From Auanema rhodensis (lineage: Eukaryota; Animalia; Nematoda), in NCBI GenBank assembly GCA_964057225.1, contig OZ059897.1:62001-126000 (forward strand): 64,000 bases of DNA, in the 5' to 3' direction. The translations under genes and the position numbers were made by a program. The notes beneath the pieces were generated by a model. That model was not told where the DNA came from. It did no database searches and saw only the letters and a program-made list of their open reading frames with translations. Of this stretch, positions 43,473 through 56,600 are shown piece by piece. Numbering within the stretch: position 1 is the first letter of the stretch; every line of letters begins with the position of its first letter.

Positions 43473-46288
43473 ACATCACGTGTACATTTAATTAGCATAA
43501 ATTAAAGTTCACGTAAATTTCAAAGTCATGGTTACCATGAAGCAATATCAATAAAAATTTGTTTTTAGACTAATATGGACATGGGGAATCTAATTTTGAA
43601 AACCGCATCTCTTTATCTTTCACGTGAAGCAAGTTACATACCAAGTGCACATCACGTGTACATTTAATTAGCATAAATTAAAGTTCACGTAAATTTCAAA
43701 GTCATGGTTACCATGAACCAATATCAATAAAAATTTGTTTTTAGACTAATATGGACATGGGGAATCTAATTTTGAAAACCGCATCTCTTTATCTTTCACG
43801 TGAAGCGAGTTACATACCAAGTGCACATCACGTGTACATTTAATTAGCATAAATTAAAGTTCACGTAAATTTCAAAGTCATGGTTACCATGAAGCAATAT
43901 CAATAAAAATTTGTTTTTAGACTAATATGGACATGGGGAATCTAATTTTGAAAACCGCATCTCTTTATCTTTCACGTGAAGCGAGTTACATACCAAGTGC
44001 ACATCACGTGTACATTTAATTAGCATAAATTAAAGTTCACGTAATTTTCAAAGTCATGGTTACCATGAACCAATATCAATAAAAATTTGTTTTTAGACTA
44101 ATATGGACATGGGGAATCTAATTTTGAAAACCGCATCTCTTTATCTTTCACGTGAAGCGAGTTACATACCAAGTGCACATCACGTGTACATTTAATTAGC
44201 ATAAATTAAAGTTCACGTAAATTTCAAAGTCATGGTTACCATGCACCAATATCAATAAAAATTTGTTTTTAGACTAATATGGACATGGGGAATCTAATTT
44301 TGAAAACCGCATCTCTTTATCTTTCACGTGAAGCGAGTTACATACCAAGGGCACATCACGTGTACATTTAATTAGCATAAATTAAAGTTCACGTAAATTT
44401 CAAAGTCATGGTTACCATGCACCAATATCAATAAAAATTTGTTTTTAGACTAATATGGACATGGGGAATCTAATTTTGAAAACCGCATCTCTTTATCTTT
44501 CACGTGAAGCGAGTTACATACCAAGTGCACATCACGTGTACATTTAATTAGCATAAATTAAAGTTCACGTAAATTTCAAAGTCATGGTTACCATGAACCA
44601 ATATCAATAAAAATTTGTTTTTAGACTAATATGGACATGGGGAATCTAATTTTGAAAACCGCATCTCTTTATCGTTCACGTGAAGCGAGTTACATACCAA
44701 GTGCACATCACGTGTACATTTAATTAGCATAAATTAAAGTTCACGTAAATTTCAAAGTCATGGTTACGATGCACCAATATCAATAAAAATTTGTTTTTAG
44801 ACTAATATGGACATGGGGAATCTAATTTTGAAAACCGCATCTCTTTATCTTTCACGTGAAGCGAGTTACATACCAAGTGCACATCACGTGTACATTTAAT
44901 TAGCATAAATTAAAGTTCACGTAAATTTCAAAGTCATGGTTACCATGAAGCAATATCAATAAAAATTTGTTTTTAGACTAATATGGACATGGGGAATCTA
45001 ATTTTGAGAACCGCATCTCTTTATCTTTCACGTGAAGCAAGTTACATACCAAGTGCACATCACGTGTACATTTAATTAGCATAAATTAAAGTTCACGTAA
45101 ATTTCAAAGTCATGGTTACCATGAACCAATATCAATAAAAATTTGTTTTTAGACTAATATGGACATGGGGAATCTAATTTTGAAAACCGCATCTCTTTAT
45201 CTTTCACGTGAAGCGAGTTACATACCAAGTGCACATCACGTGTACATTTAATTAGCATAAATTAAAGTTCACGTAAATTTCAAAGTCATGGTTACCATGA
45301 AGCAATATCAATAAAAATTTGTTTTTAGACTAATATGGACATGGGGAATCTAATTTTGAAAACCGCATCTCTTTATCTTTCACGTGAAGCGAGTTACATA
45401 CCAAGTGCACATCACGTGTACATTTAATTAGCATAAATTAAAGTTCACGTAATTTTCAAAGTCATGGTTACCATGAACCAATATCAATAAAAATTTGTTT
45501 TTAGACTAATATGGACATGGGGAATCTAATTTTGAAAACCGCATCTCTTTATCTTTCACGTGAAGCGAGTTACATACCAAGTGCACATCACGTGTACATT
45601 TAATTAGCATAAATTAAAGTTCACGTAAATTTCAAAGTCATGGTTACCATGCACCAATATCAATAAAAATTTGTTTTTAGACTAATATGGACATGGGGAA
45701 TCTAATTTTGAAAACCGCATCTCTTTATCTTTCACGTGAAGCGAGTTACATACCAAGGGCACATCACGTGTACATTTAATTAGCATAAATTAAAGTTCAC
45801 GTAAATTTCAAAGTCATGGTTACCATGCACCAATATCAATAAAAATTTGTTTTTAGACTAATATGGACATGGGGAATCTAATTTTGAAAACCGCATCTCT
45901 TTATCTTTCACGTGAAGCGAGTTACATACCAAGTGCACATCACGTGTACATTTAATTAGCATAAATTAAAGTTCACGTAAATTTCAAAGTCATGGTTACC
46001 ATGAACCAATATCAATAAAAATTTGTTTTTAGACTAATATGGACATGGGGAATCTAATTTTGAAAACCGCATCTCTTTATCGTTCACGTGAAGCGAGTTA
46101 CATACCAAGTGCACATCACGTGTACATTTAATTAGCATAAATTAAAGTTCACGTAAATTTCAAAGTCATGGTTACGATGCACCAATATCAATAAAAATTT
46201 GTTTTTAGACTAATATGGACATGGGGAATCTAATTTTGAAAACCGCATCTCTTTATCTTTCACGTGAAGCGAGTTACATACCAAGTAC
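43473..46288. repeat. 8-monomer (1408 bp) tandem duplication, M248-255 ~ M256-263
   Basis: The order C68A+C70G+G159A / C68A / C68A+C70G / A45T+C68A / T174G / consensus / C68A+T146G / C64G occurs twice. The second copy adds A128G and G175A. Confidence 0.88.
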
Positions 46289-49200
46289 ACATCACGTGTA
46301 CATTTAATTAGCATAAATTGAAGTTCACGTAAATTTCAAAGTCATGGTTACCATGCACCAATATCAATAAAAATTTGTTTTTAGACTAATATGGACATGG
46401 GGAATCTAATTTTGAAAACCGCATCTCTTTATCTTTCACGTGAAGCGAGTTACATTCCAAGTGCACATCACGTGTACATTTAATTAGCATAAATTAAAGT
46501 TCACGTAATTTTCAAAGTCATGGTTACCATGAACCAATATCAATAAAAATTTGTTTTTAGACTAATATGGACATGGGGAATCTAATTTTGAAAACCGCAT
46601 CTCTTTATCTTTCACGTGAAGCGAGTTACATACCAAGTGCACATCACGTGTACATTTAATTAGCATAAATTAAAGTTCACGTAAATTTCAAAGTCATGGT
46701 TACCATGCACCAATATCAATAAAAATTTGTTTTTAGACTAATATGGACATGGGGAATCTAATTTTGAAAACCGCATCTCTTTATCTTTCACGTGGAGCGA
46801 GTAACATACCAAGTGCACATCACGTGTACATTTAATTAGCATAAATTAAAGTTCACGTAAATTTCAAAGTCATAGTTACCATGAACCAATATCAATAAAA
46901 ATTTGTTTTTAGACTAATATGGACATGGGGAATCTAATTTTGAAAACCGCATCTCTTTATCTTTCACGTGAAGCGAGTTACATACCAAGGGCACATCACG
47001 TGTACATTTAATTAGCATAAATTAAAGTTCACGTAAATTTCAAAGTCATGGTTACCATGCACCAATATCAATAAAAATTTGTTTTTAGACTAATATGGAC
47101 ATGGGGAATCTAATTTTGAAAACCGCATCTCTTTATCTTTCACGTGAAGCGAGTTACATACCAAGTGCACATCACGTGTACATTTAATTAGCATAAATTA
47201 AAGTTCACGTAATTTTCAAAGTCATGGTTACCATGAACCAATATCAATAAAAATTTGTTTTTAGACTAATATGGACATGGGGAATCTAATTTTGAAAACC
47301 GCATCTCTTTATCGTTCACGTGAAGCGAGTTACATACCAAGTGCACATCACGTGTACATTTAATTAGCATAAATTAAAGTTCACGTAAATTTCAAAGTCA
47401 TGGTTACCATGCACCAATATCAATAAAAATTTGTTTTTAGACTAATATGGACATGGGGAATCTAATTTTGAAAACCGCATCTCTTTATCTTTCACGTGAA
47501 GCGAGTTACATACCAAGTGCACATCACGTGTACATTTAATTAGCATAAATTAAAGTTCACGTAAATTTCAAAGTCATGGTTACCATGAACCAATATCAAT
47601 AAAAATTTGTTTTTAGACTAATATGGACATGGGGAATCTAATTTTGAAAACCGCATCTCTTTATCTTTCACGTGAAGCGAGTTACATACCAAGTGCACAT
47701 CACGTGTACATTTAATTAGCATAAATTAAAGTTCACGTAAATTTCAAAGTCATGGTTACCATGAAGCAATATCAATAAAAATTTGTTTTTAGACTAATAT
47801 GGACATGGGGAATCTAATTTTGAAAACCGCATCTCTTTATCTTTCACGTGAAGCAAGTTACATACCAAGTGCACATCACGTGTACATTTAATTAGCATAA
47901 ATTAAAGTTCACGTAAATTTCAAAGTCATGGTTACCATGAACCAATATCAATAAAAATTTGTTTTTAGACTAATATGGACATGGGGAATCTAATTTTGAA
48001 AACCGCATCTCTTTATCTTTCACGTGAAGCGAGTTACATACCAAGTGCACATCACGTGTACATTTAATTAGCATAAATTAAAGTTCACGTAAATTTCAAA
48101 GTCATAGTTACCATGAACCAATATCAATAAAAATTTGTTTTTAGACTAATATGGACATGGGGAATCTAATTTTGAAAACCGCATCTCTTTATCTTTCACG
48201 TGAAGCGAGTTACATACCAAGGGCACATCACGTGTACATTTAATTAGCATAAATTAAAGTTCACGTAAATTTCAAAGTCATGGTTACCATGCACCAATAT
48301 CAATAAAAATTTGTTTTTAGACTAATATGGACATGGGGAATCTAATTTTGAAAACCGCATCTCTTTATCTTTCACGTGAAGCGAGTTACATACCAAGTGC
48401 ACATCACGTGTACATTTAATTAGCATAAATTAAAGTTCACGTAATTTTCAAAGTCATGGTTACCATGAACCAATATCAATAAAAATTTGTTTTTAGACTA
48501 ATATGGACATGGGGAATCTAATTTTGAAAACCGCATCTCTTTATCTTTCACGTGAAGCGAGTTACATACCAAGTGCACATCACGTGTACATTTAATTAGC
48601 ATAAATTAAAGTTCACGTAAATTTCAAAGTCATGGTTACCATGCACCAATATCAATAAAAATTTGTTTTTAGACTAATATGGACATGGGGAATCTAATTT
48701 TGAAAACCGCATCTCTTTATCTTTCACGTGAAGCGAGTTACATACCAAGGGCACATCACGTGTACATTTAATTAGCATAAATTAAAGTTCACGTAAATTT
48801 CAAAGTCATGGTTACCATGCACCAATATCAATAAAAATTTGTTTTTAGACTAATATGGACATGGGGAATCTAATTTTGAAAACCGCATCTCTTTATCTTT
48901 CACGTGAAGCGAGTTACATACCAAGTGCACATCACGTGTACATTTAATTAGCATAAATTAAAGTTCACGTAAATTTCAAAGTCATGGTTACCATGAACCA
49001 ATATCAATAAAAATTTGTTTTTAGACTAATATGGACATGGGGAATCTAATTTTGAAAACCGCATCTCTTTATCTTTCACGTGAAGCGAGTTACATACCAA
49101 GTGCACATCACGTGTACATTTAATTAGCATAAATTAAAGTTCACGTAAATTTCAAAGTCATGGTTACCATGAACCAATATCAATAAAAATTTGTTTTTAG

Positions 49201-50688
49201 ACTAATATGGACATGGGGAATCTAATTTTGAAAACCGCATCTCTTTATCGTTCACGTGAAGCGAGTTACATACCAAGTGCACATCACGTGTACATTTAAT
49301 TAGCATAAATTAAAGTTCACGTAAATTTCAAAGTCATGGTTACGATGCACCAATATCAATAAAAATTTGTTTTTAGACTAATATGGACATGGGGAATCTA
49401 ATTTTGAAAACCGCATCTCTTTATCTTTCACGTGAAGCGAGTTACATACCAAGTACACATCACGTGTACATTTAATTAGCATAAATTGAAGTTCACGTAA
49501 ATTTCAAAGTCATGGTTACCATGCACCAATATCAATAAAAATTTGTTTTTAGACTAATATGGACATGGGGAATCTAATTTTGAAAACCGCATCTCTTTAT
49601 CTTTCACGTGAAGCGAGTTACATACCAAGTGCACATCACGTGTACATTTAATTAGCATAAATTAAAGTTCACGTAATTTTCAAAGTCATGGTTACCATGA
49701 ACCAATATCAATAAAAATTTGTTTTTAGACTAATATGGACATGGGGAATCTAATTTTGAAAACCGCATCTCTTTATCTTTCACGTGAAGCGAGTTACATA
49801 CCAAGTGCACATCACGTGTACATTTAATTAGCATAAATTAAAGTTCACGTAAATTTCAAAGTCATGGTTACCATGCACCAATATCAATAAAAATTTGTTT
49901 TTAGACTAATATGGACATGGGGAATCTAATTTTGAAAACCGCATCTCTTTATCTTTCACGTGAAGCGAGTAACATACCAAGTGCACATCACGTGTACATT
50001 TAATTAGCATAAATTAAAGTTCACGTAAATTTCAAAGTCATAGTTACCATGAACCAATATCAATAAAAATTTGTTTTTAGACTAATATGGACATGGGGAA
50101 TCTAATTTTGAAAACCGCATCTCTTTATCTTTCACGTGAAGCGAGTTACATACCAAGGGCACATCACGTGTACATTTAATTAGCATAAATTAAAGTTCAC
50201 GTAAATTTCAAAGTCATGGTTACCATGCACCAATATCAATAAAAATTTGTTTTTAGACTAATATGGACATGGGGAATCTAATTTTGCAAACCGCATCTCT
50301 TTATCTTTCACGTGAAGCGAGTTACATACCAAGTGCACATCACGTGTACATTTAATTAGCATAAATTAAAGTTCACGTAAATTTCAAAGTCATGGTTACC
50401 ATGAACCAATATCAATAAAAATTTGTTTTTAGACTAATATGGACATGGGGAATCTAATTTTGAAAACCGCATCTCTTTATCGTTCACGTGAAGCGAGTTA
50501 CATACCAAGTGCACATCACGTGTACATTTAATTAGCATAAATTAAAGTTCACGTAAATTTCAAAGTCATGGTTACCATGCACCAATATCAATAAAAATTT
50601 GTTTTTAGACTAATATGGACATGGGGAATCTAATTTTGAAAACCGCATCTCTTTATCTTTCACGTGAAGCGAGTTACATACCAAGTGC
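45937..50688. repeat. Block repeated at 18-monomer (3168 bp) offset, M262-270 ~ M280-288
   Basis: The markers C64G+G175A, A32G, A45T+C68A, T163A, G58A+C68A+T174G and C68A+T146G recur in the same order at 45937-47520 and 49105-50688. Confidence 0.8.
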
Positions 50689-53680
50689 ACATCACGTGTA
50701 CATTTAATTAGCATAAATTAAAGTTCACGTAAATTTCAAAGTCATGGTTACCATGAACCAATATCAATAAAAATTTGTTTTTAGACTAATATGGACATGG
50801 GGAATCTAATTTTGAAAACCGCATCTCTTTATCTTTCACGTGAAGCGAGTTACATACCAAGTACACATCACGTGTACATTTAATTAGCATAAATTAAAGT
50901 TCACGTAAATTTCAAAGTCATGGTTACCATGCACCAATATCAATAAAAATTTGTTTTTAGACTAATATGGACATGGGGAATCTAATTTTGAAAACCGCAT
51001 CTCTTTATCTTTCACGTGAAGCGAGTTACATACCAAGTGCACATCACGTGTACATTTAATTAGCATAAATTAAAGTTCACGTAAATTTCAAAGTCATGGT
51101 TACCATGAACCAATATCAATAAAAATTTGTTTTTAGACTAATATGGACATGGGGAATCTAATTTTGAAAACCGCATCTCTTTATCTTTCACGTGAAGCGA
51201 GTTACATACCAAGTGCACATCACGTGTACATTTAATTAGCATAAATTAAAGTTCACGTAAATTTCAAAGTCATGGTTACCATGCACCAATATCAATAAAA
51301 ATTTGTTTTTAGACTAATATGGACATGGGGAATCTAATTTTGAAAACCGCATCTCTTTATCTTTCACGTGAAGCGAGTAACATACCAAGTGCACATCACG
51401 TGTACATTTAATTAGCATAAATTAAAGTTCACGTAAATTTCAAAGTCATGGTTACCATGCACCAATATCAATAAAAATTTGTTTTTAGACTAATATGGAC
51501 ATGGGGAATATAATTTTGAAAACCGCATCTCTTTATCTTTCACGTGAAGCGAGTTACATACCAAGTGCACATCACGTGTACATTTAATTAGCATAAATTA
51601 AAGTTCACGTAAATTTCAAAGTCATGGTTACCATGCACCAATATCAATAAAAATTTGTTTTTAGACTAATATGGACATGGGGAATCTAATTTTGAAAACC
51701 GCATCTCTTTTTCTTTCACGTGAAGCGAGTAACATACCAAGTGCACATCACGTGTACATTTAATTAGCATAAATTAAAGTTCACGTAAATTTCAAAGTCA
51801 TGGTTACCATGCACCAATATCAATAAAAATTTGTTTTTAGACTAATATGGACATGGGGAATCTAATTTTGAAAACCGCATCTCTTTATCTTTCACGTGAA
51901 GCGAGTTACATACTAAGTGCACATCACGTGTACATTTAATTAGCATAAATTAAAGTTCACGTAAATTTCAAAGTCATGGTTACCATGCACCAATATCAAT
52001 AAAAATTTGTTTTTAGACTAATATGGACATGGGGAATCTAATTTTGAAAACCGCATCTCTTTATCTTTCACGTGAAGCGAGTTACATACCAAGTGCACAT
52101 CACGTGTACATTTAATTAGCATAAATTAAAGTTCACGTAAATTTCAAAGTCATGGTTACCATGCACCAATATCAATAAAAATTTGTTTTTAGACTAATAT
52201 GGACATGGGGAATCTAATTTTCAAAACCGCATCTCTTTATCTTTCACGTGAAGCGAGTTACATACCAAGTGCACATCACGTGTACATTTAATTAGCATAA
52301 ATTAAAGTTCACGTAAATTTCAAAGTCATGGTTACCATGAACCAATATCAACAAAAATTTGTTTTTAGACTAATATGGACATGGGGAATCTAATTTTGGA
52401 AACCGCATCTCTTTATCTTTCACGTGAAGCGAGTTACATACCAAGTGCACATCACGTGTACATTTAATTAGCATAAATTAAAGTTCACGTAAATTTCAAA
52501 GTCATGGTTACCATGAACCAATATCAATAAAAATTTGTTTTTAGACTAATATGGACATGGGGAATCTAATTTTGAAAACCGCATCTCTTTATCTTTCACG
52601 TGAAGCGAGTTACATACCAAGTGCACATCACGTGTACATTTAATTAGCATAAATTAAAGTTCACGTAAATTTCAAAGTCATGGTTACCATGCACCAATAT
52701 CAATAAAAATTTGTTTTTAGACTAATATGGACATGGGGAATCTAATTTTGAAAACCGCATCTCTTCATCTTTCACTTGAAGCGAGTAACATACCAAGTGC
52801 ACATCACGTGTACATTTAATTAGCATAAATTAAAATTCACGTAAATTTCAAAGTCATGGTTACCATGCACCAATATCAATAAAAATTTGTTTTTAGACTA
52901 ATATGGACATGGGGAATCTAATTTTGAAAACCGCATCTCTTTATCTTTCACGTGAAGCGAGTAACATACCAAGTGCACATCACGTGTACATTTAATTAGC
53001 ATAAATTAAAGTTCACGTAATTTTCAAAGTCATGGTTACCATGCACCAATATCAATAAAAATTTGTTTTTAGACTAATATGGACATGGGGAATCTAATTT
53101 TGAAAACCGCATCACTTTATCTTTCACGTGAAGCGAGTTACATACCAAGTGCACATCACGTGTACATTTAATTAGCATAAATTAAAGTTCACGTAAATTT
53201 CAAAGTCATGGTTACCATGCACCAATATCAATAAAAATTTGTTTTTAGACTAATATGGACATGATGAATCTAATTTTGAAAACCGCATCTCTTTATCTTT
53301 CACGTGAAGCGAGTTACATACCAAGTGCACATCACGTGTACATTTAATTAGCATAAATTAAAGTTCACGTAAATTTCAAAGTCATGGTTACCATGCACCA
53401 ATATCAATAAAAATTTGTTTTTAGACTAATATGGACATGGGGAATCTAATTTTGAAAACCGCATCTCTTTATCTTTCACGTGAAGCGAGTTACATACCAA
53501 GTGCACATCACGTGTACATTTAATTAGCATAAATTAAAGTTCACGTAAATTTCAAAGTCATGGTTACCATGCACCAATATCAATAAAAATTTGTTTTTAG
53601 ACTAATATGGACATGGGGAATCTAATTTTGAAAACCGCATCTCTTTATCTTTCACGTGAAGCGAGTTACATACCAAGTGC

Positions 53681-56600
53681 ACATCACGTGTACATTTAAT
53701 TAGCATAAATTAAAGTTCACGTAAATTTCAAAGTCATGGTTACCATGAACCAATATCAATAAAAATATGTTTTTAGACTAATATGGACATGGGGAATCTA
53801 ATTTTGAAAACCGCATCTCTTTATCTTTCACGTGAAGCGAGTTACATACCAAGTGCACATCACGTGTACATTTAATTAGCATAAATTAAAGTTCACGTAA
53901 ATTTCAAAGTCATGGTTACCATGAACCAGTATCAATAAAAATATGTTTTTAGACTAATATGGACATGGGGAATCTAATTTTGAAAACCGCATCTCTTTAT
54001 CTTTCACGTGAAGCGAGTAACATACCAAGTGCACATCACGTGTACATTTAATTAGCATAAATTAAAGTTCACGTAATTTTCAAAGTCATGGTTACCATGC
54101 ACCAATATCAATAAAAATTTGTTTTTAGACTAATATGGACATGGGGAATCTAATTTTGAAAACCGCATCTCTTTATCTTTCACGTGAAGCGAGTTACATA
54201 CCAAGTGCACATCACGTATACATTTAATTAGCATAAATTAAAGTTTACGTAAATTTCAAAGTCATGGTTACCATGAACCAATATCAATGAAAATTTGTTT
54301 TAAGACTAATATGGACATGGGGAATCTAATTTTGAAAACTGCATCTCTTTATCTTTCACGTGAAGCAAGTTACATACCAAGTGCACATCACGTGTACATT
54401 TAATTAGCATAAATTAAAATTCACGTAAATTTCAAAGTCATGGTTACCATGCACCAATATCAATAAAAATTTGTTTTTAGACTAATATGGACATGGGGAA
54501 TCTAATTTTGAAAACCGCATCTCTTTATCTTTCACGTGAAGCGAGTTACATACCAAGTGCACATCACGTGTACATTTAATTAGCATAAATTAAAGTTCAC
54601 GTAAATTTCAAAGTCATGGTTACCATGCACCAATATCAATAAAAATTTGTTTTTAGACTAATATGGACATGGGGAATCTAATTTTGAAAACCGCATCTCT
54701 TTATCTTTCACGTGAAGCGAGTTACATACCAAGTGCACATCACGTGTACATTTAATTAGCATAAATTAAAGTTCACGTAAATTTCAAAGTCATGGTTACC
54801 ATGCACCAATATCAATAAAAATTTGTTTTTAGACTAATATGGACATGGGGAATCTAATTTTGAAAACCGCATCTCTTTATCTTTCACGTGAAGCGAGTTA
54901 CATACTAAGTGCACATCACGTGTACATTTAATTAGCATAAATTAAAGTTCACGTAAATTTCAAAGTCATGGTTACCATGCACCAATATCAATAAAAATTT
55001 GTTTTTAGACTAATATGGACATGGGGAATCTAATTTTGAAAACCGCATCTCTTTATCTTTCACGTGAAGCGAGTTACATACCAAGTGCACATCACGTGTA
55101 CATTTAATTAGCATAAATTAAAGTTCACGTAAATTTCAAAGTCATGGTTACCATGAACCAATATCAATAAAAATTTGTTTTTAGACTAATATGGACATGG
55201 GGAATCTAATTTTGAAAACCGCATCTCTTTATCTTTCACGTGAAGCGAGTTACATACCAAGTGCACATCACGTGTACATTTAATTAGCATAAATTAAAGT
55301 TCACGTAAATTTCAAAGTCATGGTTACCATGCACCAATATCAATAAAAATTTGTTTTTAGACTAATATGGACATGGGGAATCTAATTTTGAAAACCGCAT
55401 CTCTTTATCTTTCACGTGAAGCGAGTTACATACCAAGTGCACATCACGTGTACATTTAATTAGCATAAATTAAAGTTCACGTAAATTTCAAAGTCATGGT
55501 TACCATGCACCAATATCAATAAAAATTTGTTTTTAGACTAATATGGACATGGGGAATCTAATTTTGAAAACCGCATCTCTTTGTCTTTCACGTGAAGCGA
55601 GTTACATACCAAGTGCACATCACGTGTACATTTAATTAGCATAAATTAAAGTTCACGTAAATTTCAAAGTCATGGTTACCATGAACCAATATCAATAAAA
55701 ATTTGTTTTTAGACTAATATGGACATGGGGAATCTAATTTTGAAAACCGCATCTCTTTATCTTTCACGTGAAGCGAGTTACATACCAAGTGCACATCACG
55801 TGTACATTTAATTAGCATAAATTAAAGTTCACGTAAATTTCAAAGTCATGGTTACCATGAACCAATATCAATAAAAATTTGTTTTTAGACTAATATGGAC
55901 ATGGGGAATCTAATTTTGAAAACCGCATCTCTTTATCTTTCACGTGAAGCAAGTTACATACCAAGTGCACATCACGTGTACATTTAATTAGCATAAATTA
56001 AAGTTCACGTAAATTTCAAAGTCATGGTTACCATGAAGCAATATCAATAAAAATTTGTTTTTAGACTAATATGGACATGGGGAATCTAATTTTGAAAACC
56101 GCATCTCTTTATCTTTCACGTGAAGCGAGTTACATACCAAGTGCACATCACGTGTACATTTAATTAGCATAAATTAAAGTTCACGTAAATTTCAAAGTCA
56201 TGGTTACCATGAACCAATATCAATAAAAATTTGTTTTTAGACTAATATGGACATGGGGAATCTAATTTTGAAAACCGCATCTCTTTATCTTTCACGTGAA
56301 GCGAGTTACATACCAAGTGCACATCACGTGTACATTTAATTAGCATAAATTAAAGTTCACGTAAATTTCAAAGTCATGGTTACCATGCACCAATATCAAT
56401 AAAAATTTGTTTTTAGACTAATATGGACATGGGGAATCTAATTTTGAAAACCGCATCTCTTTATCTTTCACGTGAAGCGAGTTACATACCAAGTGCACAT
56501 CACGTGTACATTTAATTAGCATAAATTAAAGTTCACGTAAATTTCAAAGTCATGGTTACCATGAACCAATATCAATAAAAATATGTTTTTAGACTAATAT

